A DNA stretch of 27,488 bases from IMG/VR virus record IMGVR_UViG_3300020294_000025, positions 1 through 27,488 of that record; one strand, given 5' to 3'. The notes under the pieces were generated by a model. The model was not told where the DNA came from, made no database searches, and worked only from the letters and a program-made list of their open reading frames with translations. Positions 7,295-17,047 of this stretch are shown here, in pieces (within the stretch, counting starts at the first letter, position 1; each line of letters begins with the position of its first letter). The translations under genes and the position numbers were made by a program. This DNA comes from a virus (Duplodnaviria; Caudoviricetes).

Positions 7295-10200
7295 TTATAA
7301 ATTTGTGAGTTTTAATATAGAAGTGATGTCTGCACCGCCACTGGAAGGAGTACTCCACGTAGGTGCCCCACTAGGACCACCAGATGTAAGGATTTGCCCA
7401 GCTGTACCGTAAGTAGCTCCACCAATTCCTAATTGACCTGAACTTCCTATACGGTACTTTTCATTGCCCCCTGTATACAAACTAATAGGAGCAGTCCCAA
7501 CGTTTCCAGCAGATAATATAAGTTCCCCTGCTTGTGTATGTTCATTACCTTTAGCCCATATATAAGCACCTCTAGAATTAGAAGCCGCACCACCACCACC
7601 TAGCATTGCAGACTTATTGTCTGAACCATCAGAAGTGTTTGCACCAAGGAATGTAGTTGTTTGATTGCCTAAAATATTTCCCGAATTATCCACTCTGACT
7701 CTCTCCACACCTTCAGTAGTTATTTTTACATGACCATCTGATCCTGTATCGACTGCTTCTACTGAGGTATTACCTTCTTCAATTTTATCTGTATCTAAAT
7801 CATTAAGTTTAGTATGATCAGCATTGGTAAAAGTATTAGAATCACTAGCTGCATCAACCGCAGCTGCTATGTGATCAGCAGTAACAACACCAGTTTGACC
7901 ATTAACACTGGTTACATTTGCAGTCGGTGACGCAAGTAATGTGAAATCAGCCATAGTACCAGCAGTACCACTATTTCTAATATAAGTCTTACTTAAATCA
8001 GATCTTATAACTACATCACCTTCTTGCGTAGTCAAACCTAACATAGCTGACTCATTAGCAGCTGTTTGAGTTGTAGTTATAGCAAGTTGGTTTTCCCATT
8101 CTAAATTTCCTGGGGTACTTGCACCAGCTTTTAAATACTGATTAGCTGACGGAGCACCCGCTGGCATTGTTAAAACATAGTTAGTTCCAACAACAGCTGG
8201 GGCAGTTATAGTAATATGGTTTGAATCATCATCGTCATTTAAACGAAGATTATCAGTAACTACTAAGTTACCAGTAACAGTTGGGTTAGAAATTGTAGGT
8301 GAAGTAGCACTTAATACGGCTGCAAAACTTAAATTTCCCGAACCATCAGTTTTTAAATAATGGTTTGCTGTACCATCAGCTGTAGGCCAGCTTAAAGCAT
8401 CAATTACAACTTTACCAGACCCATTAGGAGTTAAAGTTATATTAGCGTTACCTGCTGTAGTAATATTACCTGTATTAAATGTAATATCCCCTGAAGCACC
8501 TAAAGTACCAACAGTTGTGTTACCTGCTGATAATGTACCTGTAGTACTAAGATTGTCATTACCAAAACTAATTGCTCCAGTAGTATCAGTTATAGTCGCT
8601 GCATTAATAGTTGTAGTATCAACTACTAAAGAACCACCAGTAATAGAACCAGTTGTGCTTAGATTTTCATCACCAAAGCTAATTGCCCCACTACTATCTG
8701 TAATAGATCCATCAGCTATAGTTACATTACCTATATTTACTACACCAGATCCAGATGGATCAATAGTTATATTATCATTATTGTTAGTTGTGACAGGACC
8801 AGTTAAAGTAATACCCTTAGATTCTACTTTACCAGATCTTTGGTCAATAACAAACGTATCACCAACTTTAAATTTACCAACATGGTTAGTACTTGATTGC
8901 CAAACTTTACCCATGTTTCTATTGACAACTTCATTAGCCTCAATAGGTACTCCTCCATTTTCAGGAGCAGCACGATAATCAGTACCAGCACCAGTATACT
9001 CAAATGTATGACCACCAGTACTAATATATGACCGTTGATAGAAGTTAACAGTAGCACCATCCGTAATAGCGTTGGTTAAACCATCGTTAATTGCTGGATT
9101 GGTAGCATTAGTTTTCATTATAGTTAAAGTCCAGCCATTTGTAGCTGTCCATGAACCACCTATAGGGGTAGCTGACACTATTTCATAAGTATCAGAACCA
9201 ATAGAGACTAAATAGTTATCCCCTGGCCTTAAGTTAGCTGTACTATTATTAAATCCAGTACCAAAGTACCCAGATGTAATAGTTGTTGCATCAATATTAA
9301 AAGATATCTGCCCAGCAGCTTTAGCACCATCTACTGTAGAAGTAAATGTTGTTGTAGATGATTTACCATCTGCTATTAAACCGTATCTACCGTAGTCAGT
9401 AGTACAGTTAGCAAGGTTAAGCATACCACCGTTAAGACTCTTAGCGTGATAATGACAAAATGTTCCAAAGAATGATACTAACTGAGCGTACCCATTGTTA
9501 GTACATAGGATTCCTGGACCATCCATGTTGATTTGAGTAAACGCATCGACAACAAATGACCTTAAAGGACTTGTTGCAGAAGGTACACTACCATCTACGA
9601 GGATACCACCAGCTGTCATACCAGAATCTTTATCTCCACCTAATCCACCAGTCTGTGTAACTGGATCATAAGCAGCGTTATTGATGTCTGTATCAGATAT
9701 TGATGTACAGTTTTGTATATATGGTGACTTCTTAAGTGAACAATTAGGTCTAAATGCAGCTATCCATCCTTGTACAGGAGGTAAACCATAGGTAGCATGG
9801 GGGTCTACGTTAGTTCTTTGTTCATCTCTGTTTGCTTCAGGTACATATCCTGTAGCATCACCTCTAGCACTAGCTGTAGAACCACCTGTAGTAGTCCAAC
9901 CACCAGCTTTCATACCAGAAAAAGCAAATCCCCATATATAAGTACCACTGTTCATTTCAAACATGGTATTATACTCAGATGTACCAGTAGTTACTGCATC
10001 TGAAGCGTTGAAATCTTTACTTGTATCATATCTTTGGGTGTTGCTTGGATGTATAAAGCAACTACGCATTGTAGTACCAACAATAGAAACGTTATCAGCT
10101 TCTATACGAAGAGGTAATATTTCTTGATAAGTACCAGCAGATACAGAAAGCATCCAACCTTGGCCTACACGGCCTGCTTGGTTAGTAACCGTACCACCAC

Positions 10201-12043
10201 TTACATATGTATGTGCTAAACCAACTGTTACTGTTGTTTCTAATTGACACTCAAATGATGTATTACTTGTAATGTTTGAAACAAAACGTAAAGGATCATC
10301 TGCTTCAGGGAAAGTATGGTTATTAGTACCACCTCCATAGTTACAACTCCAGACTAAACCAGCCATAGTAACTTTCATACCAACCCTTAAATTATGGTTA
10401 GCATCTGTTGTTACTTCTAATAATCCAGTTTCATGGTTGTATGTAGCAGCTGTTACGTTAGTTGTAGTAGTTGCGGCTATATTTTCGTTTACATCGAGTA
10501 AAGCACCTCTAATAGTTTTTTTGGCTTTGATAATTCTATGACCATCGTTAAGGTCATTACCATTAACAGAGTCTACATATACTACTTTAGGTTGTGAAGT
10601 GAATGTACCACCTGAAGTAATAGCTCTCCAAACACCAGTATTAGCACCAGTTTTATCCCATATAGAGAATGTTTGATCGTTTAAGTGATCATACCATAAC
10701 TTACCTTCAGTCCAATTAGTTTCTGTAGGAGGCGTACCTTTATTAGTTGTATGACTATAATATATAGCATCAAAACGTTTAGCTAAAGCCTTGCCTGTAG
10801 CAATACTGTCATCACTATCCCAGTCAGGGGTAGGATAATTAGTAGTAGTAGTAGAAGCAGCTAATTCTGAAGAAGTAATAACATCATCATTCCTTATTTT
10901 AGCTAAATCTACAGTATTATCATTGATAGATAATGAAACTTCTCCGTCAGCTGTGTAAGTTGTTGTGATAGGTACACTAGATGCAATCTTAACAACACCT
11001 TGCTGAGAAGCTGTGGCACGATCTACACCTATAGTTACATCACCAACAGTACCACCAACAGCATGAGTTACATTTATAGCATCTCCACTAACTTGGTTTA
11101 CCTTAATAATACCTTGTGCAGTAGGAGTAGTACGATCAGCTGAAACGACAGCATTCCCATCATATCCAGCATCACTTTCATCTGAAGGACCAACTTTAAT
11201 ACCGTGACCTGAGTTGACAGTAATAGCACCTTTATTACTTTTAGTACTATTTTCTGAACTAATTACAGCATTACCAGCAGTATAATTAACATCTATTGCT
11301 TCACCTTCATTTATCGTAACAATACCTTTATTGGTTTTAGAACTATCTTCACCTGATATTGTTGTCTGACCATTAGAGTTTGTACCACCTGTAGCATCAG
11401 TTAAGTCAATACCTTCACCTTCTATAAGGTCATCAAAGATAACTTTTCTTAATTGTCGGCGGTTTACAGCATCATCATCAGAATCAGCATCAGCTACGTG
11501 TTCAATTCTTCTATCTTCACCTGTTGTTGGATGCGCTACATCAACAGCATTAGCACTAAACTTAGATTCTTTGATAGATAGTTTAGCTTCATTGACACCT
11601 TCTTCAGCAATATGCTGGATTCTTCTTAGTTCTGAGTTTAACTCACTAGCACGTATAGTACCTTGAGAACTAAAATCACTTTGAACTTCAGATGTAATAC
11701 GCTCTAAACTAATAATAGCATTAGCTGTTGGTTTTGCTACACCATTATCTGTATTTAAAGTAATTTGAGTGTTTCCAGAATTAAACTGATAGTTATTTAC
11801 TGGAGTGGTAGCTGCAATACTACCAGCATTAGAACCGCTAGTATTAGATGCATCATATTGTGGGTGGCTTGTTCCAGCTGTACCAGCATTAGTAGCTTCT
11901 GATTGTAGTACGGCTGTATTGGAATCACGGCTAGGTTCAAAAATATAAACCTTTAAGTCTGATCTATTTATTAGATCTATTGTTCCGAGGTTGAAGGTTA
12001 CTGTATTACCATCCCCCGTATATTCGAGTCGTGTTGTTGCCAT
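7295..12043 (-). CDS. gp17: Tail fiber protein (T7 gp17-like N-terminal adaptor, mosaic body)
   Basis: N-terminal YTGDGNTVTF...LKVY and ERIT....DF..G.IRA.ELN adaptor motifs; fiber repeats; G/T/S-rich; follows gp16. Confidence 0.92.
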   Translation of the reverse strand: MATTRLEYTGDGNTVTFNLGTIDLINRSDLKVYIFEPSRDSNTAVLQSEATNAGTAGTSHPQYDASNTSGSNAGSIAATTPVNNYQFNSGNTQITLNTDNGVAKPTANAIISLERITSEVQSDFSSQGTIRASELNSELRRIQHIAEEGVNEAKLSIKESKFSANAVDVAHPTTGEDRRIEHVADADSDDDAVNRRQLRKVIFDDLIEGEGIDLTDATGGTNSNGQTTISGEDSSKTNKGIVTINEGEAIDVNYTAGNAVISSENSTKSNKGAITVNSGHGIKVGPSDESDAGYDGNAVVSADRTTPTAQGIIKVNQVSGDAINVTHAVGGTVGDVTIGVDRATASQQGVVKIASSVPITTTYTADGEVSLSINDNTVDLAKIRNDDVITSSELAASTTTTNYPTPDWDSDDSIATGKALAKRFDAIYYSHTTNKGTPPTETNWTEGKLWYDHLNDQTFSIWDKTGANTGVWRAITSGGTFTSQPKVVYVDSVNGNDLNDGHRIIKAKKTIRGALLDVNENIAATTTTNVTAATYNHETGLLEVTTDANHNLRVGMKVTMAGLVWSCNYGGGTNNHTFPEADDPLRFVSNITSNTSFECQLETTVTVGLAHTYVSGGTVTNQAGRVGQGWMLSVSAGTYQEILPLRIEADNVSIVGTTMRSCFIHPSNTQRYDTSKDFNASDAVTTGTSEYNTMFEMNSGTYIWGFAFSGMKAGGWTTTGGSTASARGDATGYVPEANRDEQRTNVDPHATYGLPPVQGWIAAFRPNCSLKKSPYIQNCTSISDTDINNAAYDPVTQTGGLGGDKDSGMTAGGILVDGSVPSATSPLRSFVVDAFTQINMDGPGILCTNNGYAQLVSFFGTFCHYHAKSLNGGMLNLANCTTDYGRYGLIADGKSSTTTFTSTVDGAKAAGQISFNIDATTITSGYFGTGFNNSTANLRPGDNYLVSIGSDTYEIVSATPIGGSWTATNGWTLTIMKTNATNPAINDGLTNAITDGATVNFYQRSYISTGGHTFEYTGAGTDYRAAPENGGVPIEANEVVNRNMGKVWQSSTNHVGKFKVGDTFVIDQRSGKVESKGITLTGPVTTNNNDNITIDPSGSGVVNIGNVTIADGSITDSSGAISFGDENLSTTGSITGGSLVVDTTTINAATITDTTGAISFGNDNLSTTGTLSAGNTTVGTLGASGDITFNTGNITTAGNANITLTPNGSGKVVIDALSWPTADGTANHYLKTDGSGNLSFAAVLSATSPTISNPTVTGNLVVTDNLRLNDDDDSNHITITAPAVVGTNYVLTMPAGAPSANQYLKAGASTPGNLEWENQLAITTTQTAANESAMLGLTTQEGDVVIRSDLSKTYIRNSGTAGTMADFTLLASPTANVTSVNGQTGVVTADHIAAAVDAASDSNTFTNADHTKLNDLDTDKIEEGNTSVEAVDTGSDGHVKITTEGVERVRVDNSGNILGNQTTTFLGANTSDGSDNKSAMLGGGGAASNSRGAYIWAKGNEHTQAGELILSAGNVGTAPISLYTGGNEKYRIGSSGQLGIGGATYGTAGQILTSGGPSGAPTWSTPSSGGADITSILKLTNL
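8541..8704 (-). repeat. Tandem 37-aa (111-nt) repeat in tail fiber
   Basis: ITDSSGAISFGDENLSTTG / ITDTTGAISFGNDNLSTTG. Confidence 0.85.
10985..11345 (-). repeat. Four tail-fiber shaft repeats
   Basis: SKTNKGIVTI, TKSNKGAITV, TPTAQGIIKV, TASQQGVVKI. Confidence 0.7.
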
Positions 12044-12067
12044 TGTTTATTGTATTTGGGACATGGG

Positions 12068-15000
12068 TTACTTAGGCATGTTCATTAATTGTTCAATATA
12101 ATCATACCTACCTGATCCACCATAAGATTTTCTTCTTACTTTTTCAGTGATCTTAGCAGCTAGTTTAGGATTCTCCCTTAAGAGTTTCTGCATAGCAACT
12201 TTTTTCTCTTGTACAAAAATACGATGTACATCTTGGTAGAAACGTTGTTCAAAGATTTTGTCATCTTTGTTTCTTAAATTTAATTCTTTATACCGATTCA
12301 AATCTCTACGCCATCTACCGTTTGGTGTCATTAAAGCATTAAGACGGGATCTTAAACTACCCATAGACATATATCTTTGTATTTCTGATTTTTCAAAAGA
12401 ATTAAGACGAACACCTTTATATGTATTCAAGATGTTTGGTAGATCAAAACTCATTTCACGTAAACCTTCACGTACAGGATCACCTTCACTCCATGTAATA
12501 GCTACAGGGCTAAGAGCATTAAACCAAGTCATCAAGGGATTCCCTGGGGGTGGATAAAACTTTTTACCAGATCTATCTTTACTGAGTATATCGTATTTAG
12601 GTGCCATAGCAGATTTAGCTATAGGTAACCTACGTCCAATATATTCTGTTAAACCACTAGCTTCTTTCTCATTAGCATCTAGTATGTTATTCATTTGGTT
12701 CATTAAACCACTGTAAGGTAAGAATTGAGGGACTAAAAACTTAGCCATAATTCTTTCTATATTTTTAGTAGTACCTTGAGTTGGGTTTAAAACCTCACCA
12801 ATATCTGCTACACCTGCTAACATAGATTTATCTACAATAACAGAAGTACCCATCCATGTAAGCTTTGCAAACCATTCATCTCTAAGATCTTCTCCTAGTA
12901 TATGCTGGTAAGCTGCTAAGTTAGCTGTAGCTGCTAAGATTGTATTAAAAGGTTCTATATCTCTGTATGAGAAATAACCATTACCTATTTTAAATGAGTT
13001 AGGTTGTATACCATTAAGCTTCCATAAATCTCTGGTTTCTTGATCAGGAGGATTATCTCCAGTCATGTTACCAGTAAGAGATGCTATAAATGCAAGTGTA
13101 ATTAAAGAATTACCCATTGCTCTACGGCCTCTTAGGATAGCTCTTTCATATTCAATATTTTCAGGTTTAATACCATATTGTTTTAGTAGTACATCAGGAT
13201 CACCTTTAACAAGATCTTGCCATTTTGTTTGTAATCTACCTAATTCAGTATGACTAAAGGATAATTCTAAAGCATTGATACCTGTACGAACAAAGGGGAA
13301 GAACGCTCTCATCCCTGTACCTTGTCCAATATTTTCAAGGAAAGCTAAACTACCTGTTAACCTTTTAGTTAATGCAGCTTCATCACCTGCCATTTTAGAT
13401 GCAATATCACTTACAACATTAACACCATGTCTATCTTTTCTAAAAATAGTATTTTCAAATTCACCTTCAATATTCTTTACAACACCATCTAAATCATTAA
13501 TATCTAATTTACCTTCATCTACCAATTTTAAAATAGCATTGGTAGCTTCTAACCTTTGATCTAAACGACCAATAATTGTCCGAGCCATAGCATCTCCAGC
13601 ACCCATAAGGGTTTGGCTATACTGAACCCAAGGTGATGTATTAAAATCAACAACAGCATTTAAAGCAGCATAACTAGCTTTCTGGGCTTCTGATCCATAT
13701 CTTTCTACAAACCTTTCATGCTCCTTCCATGCTTTTATGTCTTTAGAAAAACTAAAGCGAGTAGCATATGTTTGGTCTTGAGGTACCTTAGCAGTAGAAC
13801 CTTTTTGACCAAACCCTAAGGAATCAGAAAGTTGTACTTCTTTTTTGTTAACACCTAAGTCCCAGTTATGTTTAAACATCCTCATACCTTCTGAATAGGC
13901 TTCAGCTAAGGCATTAAGTTGAGAAGTAGCTTGAAGAGCAACTCTTTGATTTTTAACTCCTGGAAGTTGTGCTCCAAGGAAAGCTTGTACACTCCTTAGA
14001 CTAGCAATAAAGTTGGTACCAACAATAGCTTTGAGTGGTGTTTTAAGACTACTTAACATAGAATTATAGTAAGCACTTCTCAGTTCTAACCTAACTCTAC
14101 CTTTAATGTCCACACCATCCATTCTACCACCTTTCATTACACCACTAAGATACTCTTGAACTTGATCCATTACTCGTACTTTACCGCCTGAAAGCATGTA
14201 AAGTTCTAGTAAATCTGCTCGTTGTTGTGAAGTACCTTCGCTACTAAGACGTTTTAACTCATCGTAAAACTCATTCTGTTGCCTAGTAATTACTTCTAGT
14301 TCTCGATTAATAGTTTTCCTAATCTCAGCTGGCATTAATCTATTACCAAAGTTTTGCTGTACTAGCTCATTACCTGTCATATAACTGATTTTCTTTGTTT
14401 CAGTCATAGCAAGCTTCATAGTATCAAAGATTTGATCTGTTTGACGTACTAAAGTTGTACCAGATGGTAGTTCCATAGCACCTTGAGCAAGCATTTGTAC
14501 TCGTTTGGCTAAAGATTTGATAACAATTTCAAGGGCTACTTTAGTTGCAGCATTACCTGTTCTAACTATTTCCCCGTCATGTATCCAGAAGATAGCATTA
14601 GTAGCATCTCCTACATCTTTATCAAAAATACTGCGTAAATTTTTAGCATAATTTTCCCCGCCATCGTCCAAAGCTTTGTATAATTCAGCTACTTGGACTA
14701 AGACTGATCTTTGAACATCTTTGAAATCCATAGTATTTAATGGATTTTTAATAAGCTCTTCAGATAAATCTGCTGCTATTTCTCTAATATACTCAGCTAA
14801 CTCCTTACTACCTCCAGCCATACGCCTTATCTGGCTTTCTAAGAATAGCTGTGTAGTACCTGTATCTACACTAGATTTACCTTCTCTAGTAGTAAGTACT
14901 AACTCTCGTATAGCTTTTTTAGATTGTGCTGATAGATTGTTATCTAATGGTGGAGTGGCTTTTTCATTAGCATCAAACTTATCTGGATTACGAAACGGTG

Positions 15001-17038
15001 AAGGTTTTTTACCAGCATTTTCTAGGTCTTTAGCACTAGCACCAGCTTCTTCAATCCAAGGATCACCATTAGCATTAGCATTTTCTCTAGCTATTGCTTC
15101 ATAGTTTTCTACTTCATCAGCAATCCTACCGTCAACATCAACACGCTTTAGTTCGATCTGATCTTCAGGGAACCAATAAACACGGACATCATGATCTTTA
15201 ATACCTTTAGATGTATTAACTTGACCTTTGTATTTAATACCACCGTACCCTGCTTGAGCTAATGCATCATTAATGTCATCAATAAGTTCAGCAGCATCAT
15301 CTCTAGGAAATGTACCTTCTTCCTTAATTCTTGACATTATATCAGCATAACTAGCTTCTTCACCTTTAGGCCAGTATCTTTCCCATTGTGCTGGTGTTCC
15401 AAACTCCCCGTAAAGTCCTTCAGGGAAATCAGACATATCAATCTCACCTTGACGTAAGATATTAGCAATAGGGTTTCTTCTGTCAGTCCACTTCATTTTA
15501 GCATCAGCATCGATCCATTTGATTGGATTTTCAGCACGAGTACCATCAGCTAAAGTTACACCACCAGTTTCTACTACTTCATAGACAACTCTGTTTTCAC
15601 CAGCTTCATCTAATTCATAGACATAACCTCTCTGTCTACCTTCTTTGAAATCATCTGTACTACCATACTGACGAAGACGTTCTTTGGATGAAATGGATAT
15701 ATCATCTGATACATAAAATCCATCACCAAATAGGTTTTCATCACTCCATACTACTTCTCCACTTTTTTTAAAAGACTTGTCAATATTTAAGTCTTGAGAT
15801 CCTGGAAGTATTCTAGATTCTCTTTGTGTTTTCTTTTTATAACCTTGAGGCTGCTTACCTTCTTTGAAAGGAGCACCATGATAATAAATTGAATTACCAC
15901 GGGTACTAGATAAGTTACCTTGTCTTAATGAGTTGAGTGTGTTCCAATCATCTTCACCTAAGTTTCTCTTTAACCAATCTTTATAAGGATCAGTAGAAAC
16001 ACCTACTCCTTCCTCAATTTCCACTCCTTTCATGGAGTTACTAGCTTCATCAGCTTTCTGTATACCCTCTTCTATAGTCTGTGTCATAGTATTTGTACCT
16101 ATGATGTTAGACTCAGATATACTCTTACCTGCTGCTCTAGCTCTCACAGCAGCCCATCTACCACGAGCAAAACCAGCTATCATCCAACCACCTAAGTTAA
16201 AACCAGACCCCGCCATAACGGTTTTAATTCTAGCTACCCAAGGGTTATCTTGATCTGGATCTACTGAGAGTGCTTGAGATAATGGCATCCACGGTGCAAA
16301 CTCATTAACTAAGTTTGCCATGTTGGCATACTCTGAGCTTTCCGAAATGAAATCTGCAATAGCACCTTCAGATGCAATCTTGGTACCTTTGGGGATGAAT
16401 TGCATCACCCTAGTACCTAATTTGGTTTTAGCTACACGTAGCTTCCAAGGTAATCTTCCACTGTTATATGCTAAACCTGCTGGTTTGTGACCAACAATAC
16501 CTTTAATAAAAGATGGATTGTTAGCAGCATGGTGCATGTTTTTCCAAAACTTGCTATTTTTAGCTACCTTTGCTCCTAAGCCAACCTTACCTCCGACACC
16601 ACGAGTAGCAGCAGTTAAAGCTACAAACTCAGTAATACCACGGGTAAGTTTACCTAAGCCAGAATTGTTCTCTGGTTCCCATGCATCAGGGATTTCAAGT
16701 GGGTTTTTAATTTCATAGTTTTGATGGAATATGTTTTCTTTATCTTCCATCTTGATGCCGTGTGCTTTATACACACCCCATCTAGTAGTATCATAAAGAC
16801 GTTTACTAAATCCACCTACACTTTCAACAGCGTCAACTGCACCGCCCCATAGGGCTTTACCAGTTTCTTCAACTAACTGTTTAGGATTGTCAGGAAGAAA
16901 GCCTTGATCTTCATCTTCAGGCGTACCTTTTGCGGCTTCTGCTGCTTCCTGTTTCTGGGAGTCTGTAAGGGCTTTAGCCTCATCTCCCAGAGCATCATAA
17001 TCAGTTAGATCTAAACCAGTATCGTATAAATCATCCAT
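12068..17038 (-). CDS. gp16: Internal virion protein D (gp16-like ejection protein) with inserted ADP-ribosyltransferase-like domain
   Basis: 1656 aa, last and largest of the core-protein genes before the fiber; FFPFVRT and SYRDIEPF motifs; YYHG / GDGFY / GYGGI / VYWFPEDQI motifs at ~15150-15890. Confidence 0.85.
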   Translation of the reverse strand: MDDLYDTGLDLTDYDALGDEAKALTDSQKQEAAEAAKGTPEDEDQGFLPDNPKQLVEETGKALWGGAVDAVESVGGFSKRLYDTTRWGVYKAHGIKMEDKENIFHQNYEIKNPLEIPDAWEPENNSGLGKLTRGITEFVALTAATRGVGGKVGLGAKVAKNSKFWKNMHHAANNPSFIKGIVGHKPAGLAYNSGRLPWKLRVAKTKLGTRVMQFIPKGTKIASEGAIADFISESSEYANMANLVNEFAPWMPLSQALSVDPDQDNPWVARIKTVMAGSGFNLGGWMIAGFARGRWAAVRARAAGKSISESNIIGTNTMTQTIEEGIQKADEASNSMKGVEIEEGVGVSTDPYKDWLKRNLGEDDWNTLNSLRQGNLSSTRGNSIYYHGAPFKEGKQPQGYKKKTQRESRILPGSQDLNIDKSFKKSGEVVWSDENLFGDGFYVSDDISISSKERLRQYGSTDDFKEGRQRGYVYELDEAGENRVVYEVVETGGVTLADGTRAENPIKWIDADAKMKWTDRRNPIANILRQGEIDMSDFPEGLYGEFGTPAQWERYWPKGEEASYADIMSRIKEEGTFPRDDAAELIDDINDALAQAGYGGIKYKGQVNTSKGIKDHDVRVYWFPEDQIELKRVDVDGRIADEVENYEAIARENANANGDPWIEEAGASAKDLENAGKKPSPFRNPDKFDANEKATPPLDNNLSAQSKKAIRELVLTTREGKSSVDTGTTQLFLESQIRRMAGGSKELAEYIREIAADLSEELIKNPLNTMDFKDVQRSVLVQVAELYKALDDGGENYAKNLRSIFDKDVGDATNAIFWIHDGEIVRTGNAATKVALEIVIKSLAKRVQMLAQGAMELPSGTTLVRQTDQIFDTMKLAMTETKKISYMTGNELVQQNFGNRLMPAEIRKTINRELEVITRQQNEFYDELKRLSSEGTSQQRADLLELYMLSGGKVRVMDQVQEYLSGVMKGGRMDGVDIKGRVRLELRSAYYNSMLSSLKTPLKAIVGTNFIASLRSVQAFLGAQLPGVKNQRVALQATSQLNALAEAYSEGMRMFKHNWDLGVNKKEVQLSDSLGFGQKGSTAKVPQDQTYATRFSFSKDIKAWKEHERFVERYGSEAQKASYAALNAVVDFNTSPWVQYSQTLMGAGDAMARTIIGRLDQRLEATNAILKLVDEGKLDINDLDGVVKNIEGEFENTIFRKDRHGVNVVSDIASKMAGDEAALTKRLTGSLAFLENIGQGTGMRAFFPFVRTGINALELSFSHTELGRLQTKWQDLVKGDPDVLLKQYGIKPENIEYERAILRGRRAMGNSLITLAFIASLTGNMTGDNPPDQETRDLWKLNGIQPNSFKIGNGYFSYRDIEPFNTILAATANLAAYQHILGEDLRDEWFAKLTWMGTSVIVDKSMLAGVADIGEVLNPTQGTTKNIERIMAKFLVPQFLPYSGLMNQMNNILDANEKEASGLTEYIGRRLPIAKSAMAPKYDILSKDRSGKKFYPPPGNPLMTWFNALSPVAITWSEGDPVREGLREMSFDLPNILNTYKGVRLNSFEKSEIQRYMSMGSLRSRLNALMTPNGRWRRDLNRYKELNLRNKDDKIFEQRFYQDVHRIFVQEKKVAMQKLLRENPKLAAKITEKVRRKSYGGSGRYDYIEQLMNMPK

Positions 17039-17047
17039 TTTAATTAG

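Noticed and set aside
8517-8978. 153-aa + strand ORF, and the other + strand or nested ORFs within long genes
   Set aside because: Antisense or alternate-frame shadows of strongly supported minus-strand genes, expected from codon bias.
5356-12043. Diversity-generating retroelement or invertible tail cassette
   Set aside because: No reverse transcriptase or invertase, and I noticed no TR/VR pair or flanking inverted repeats by eye.
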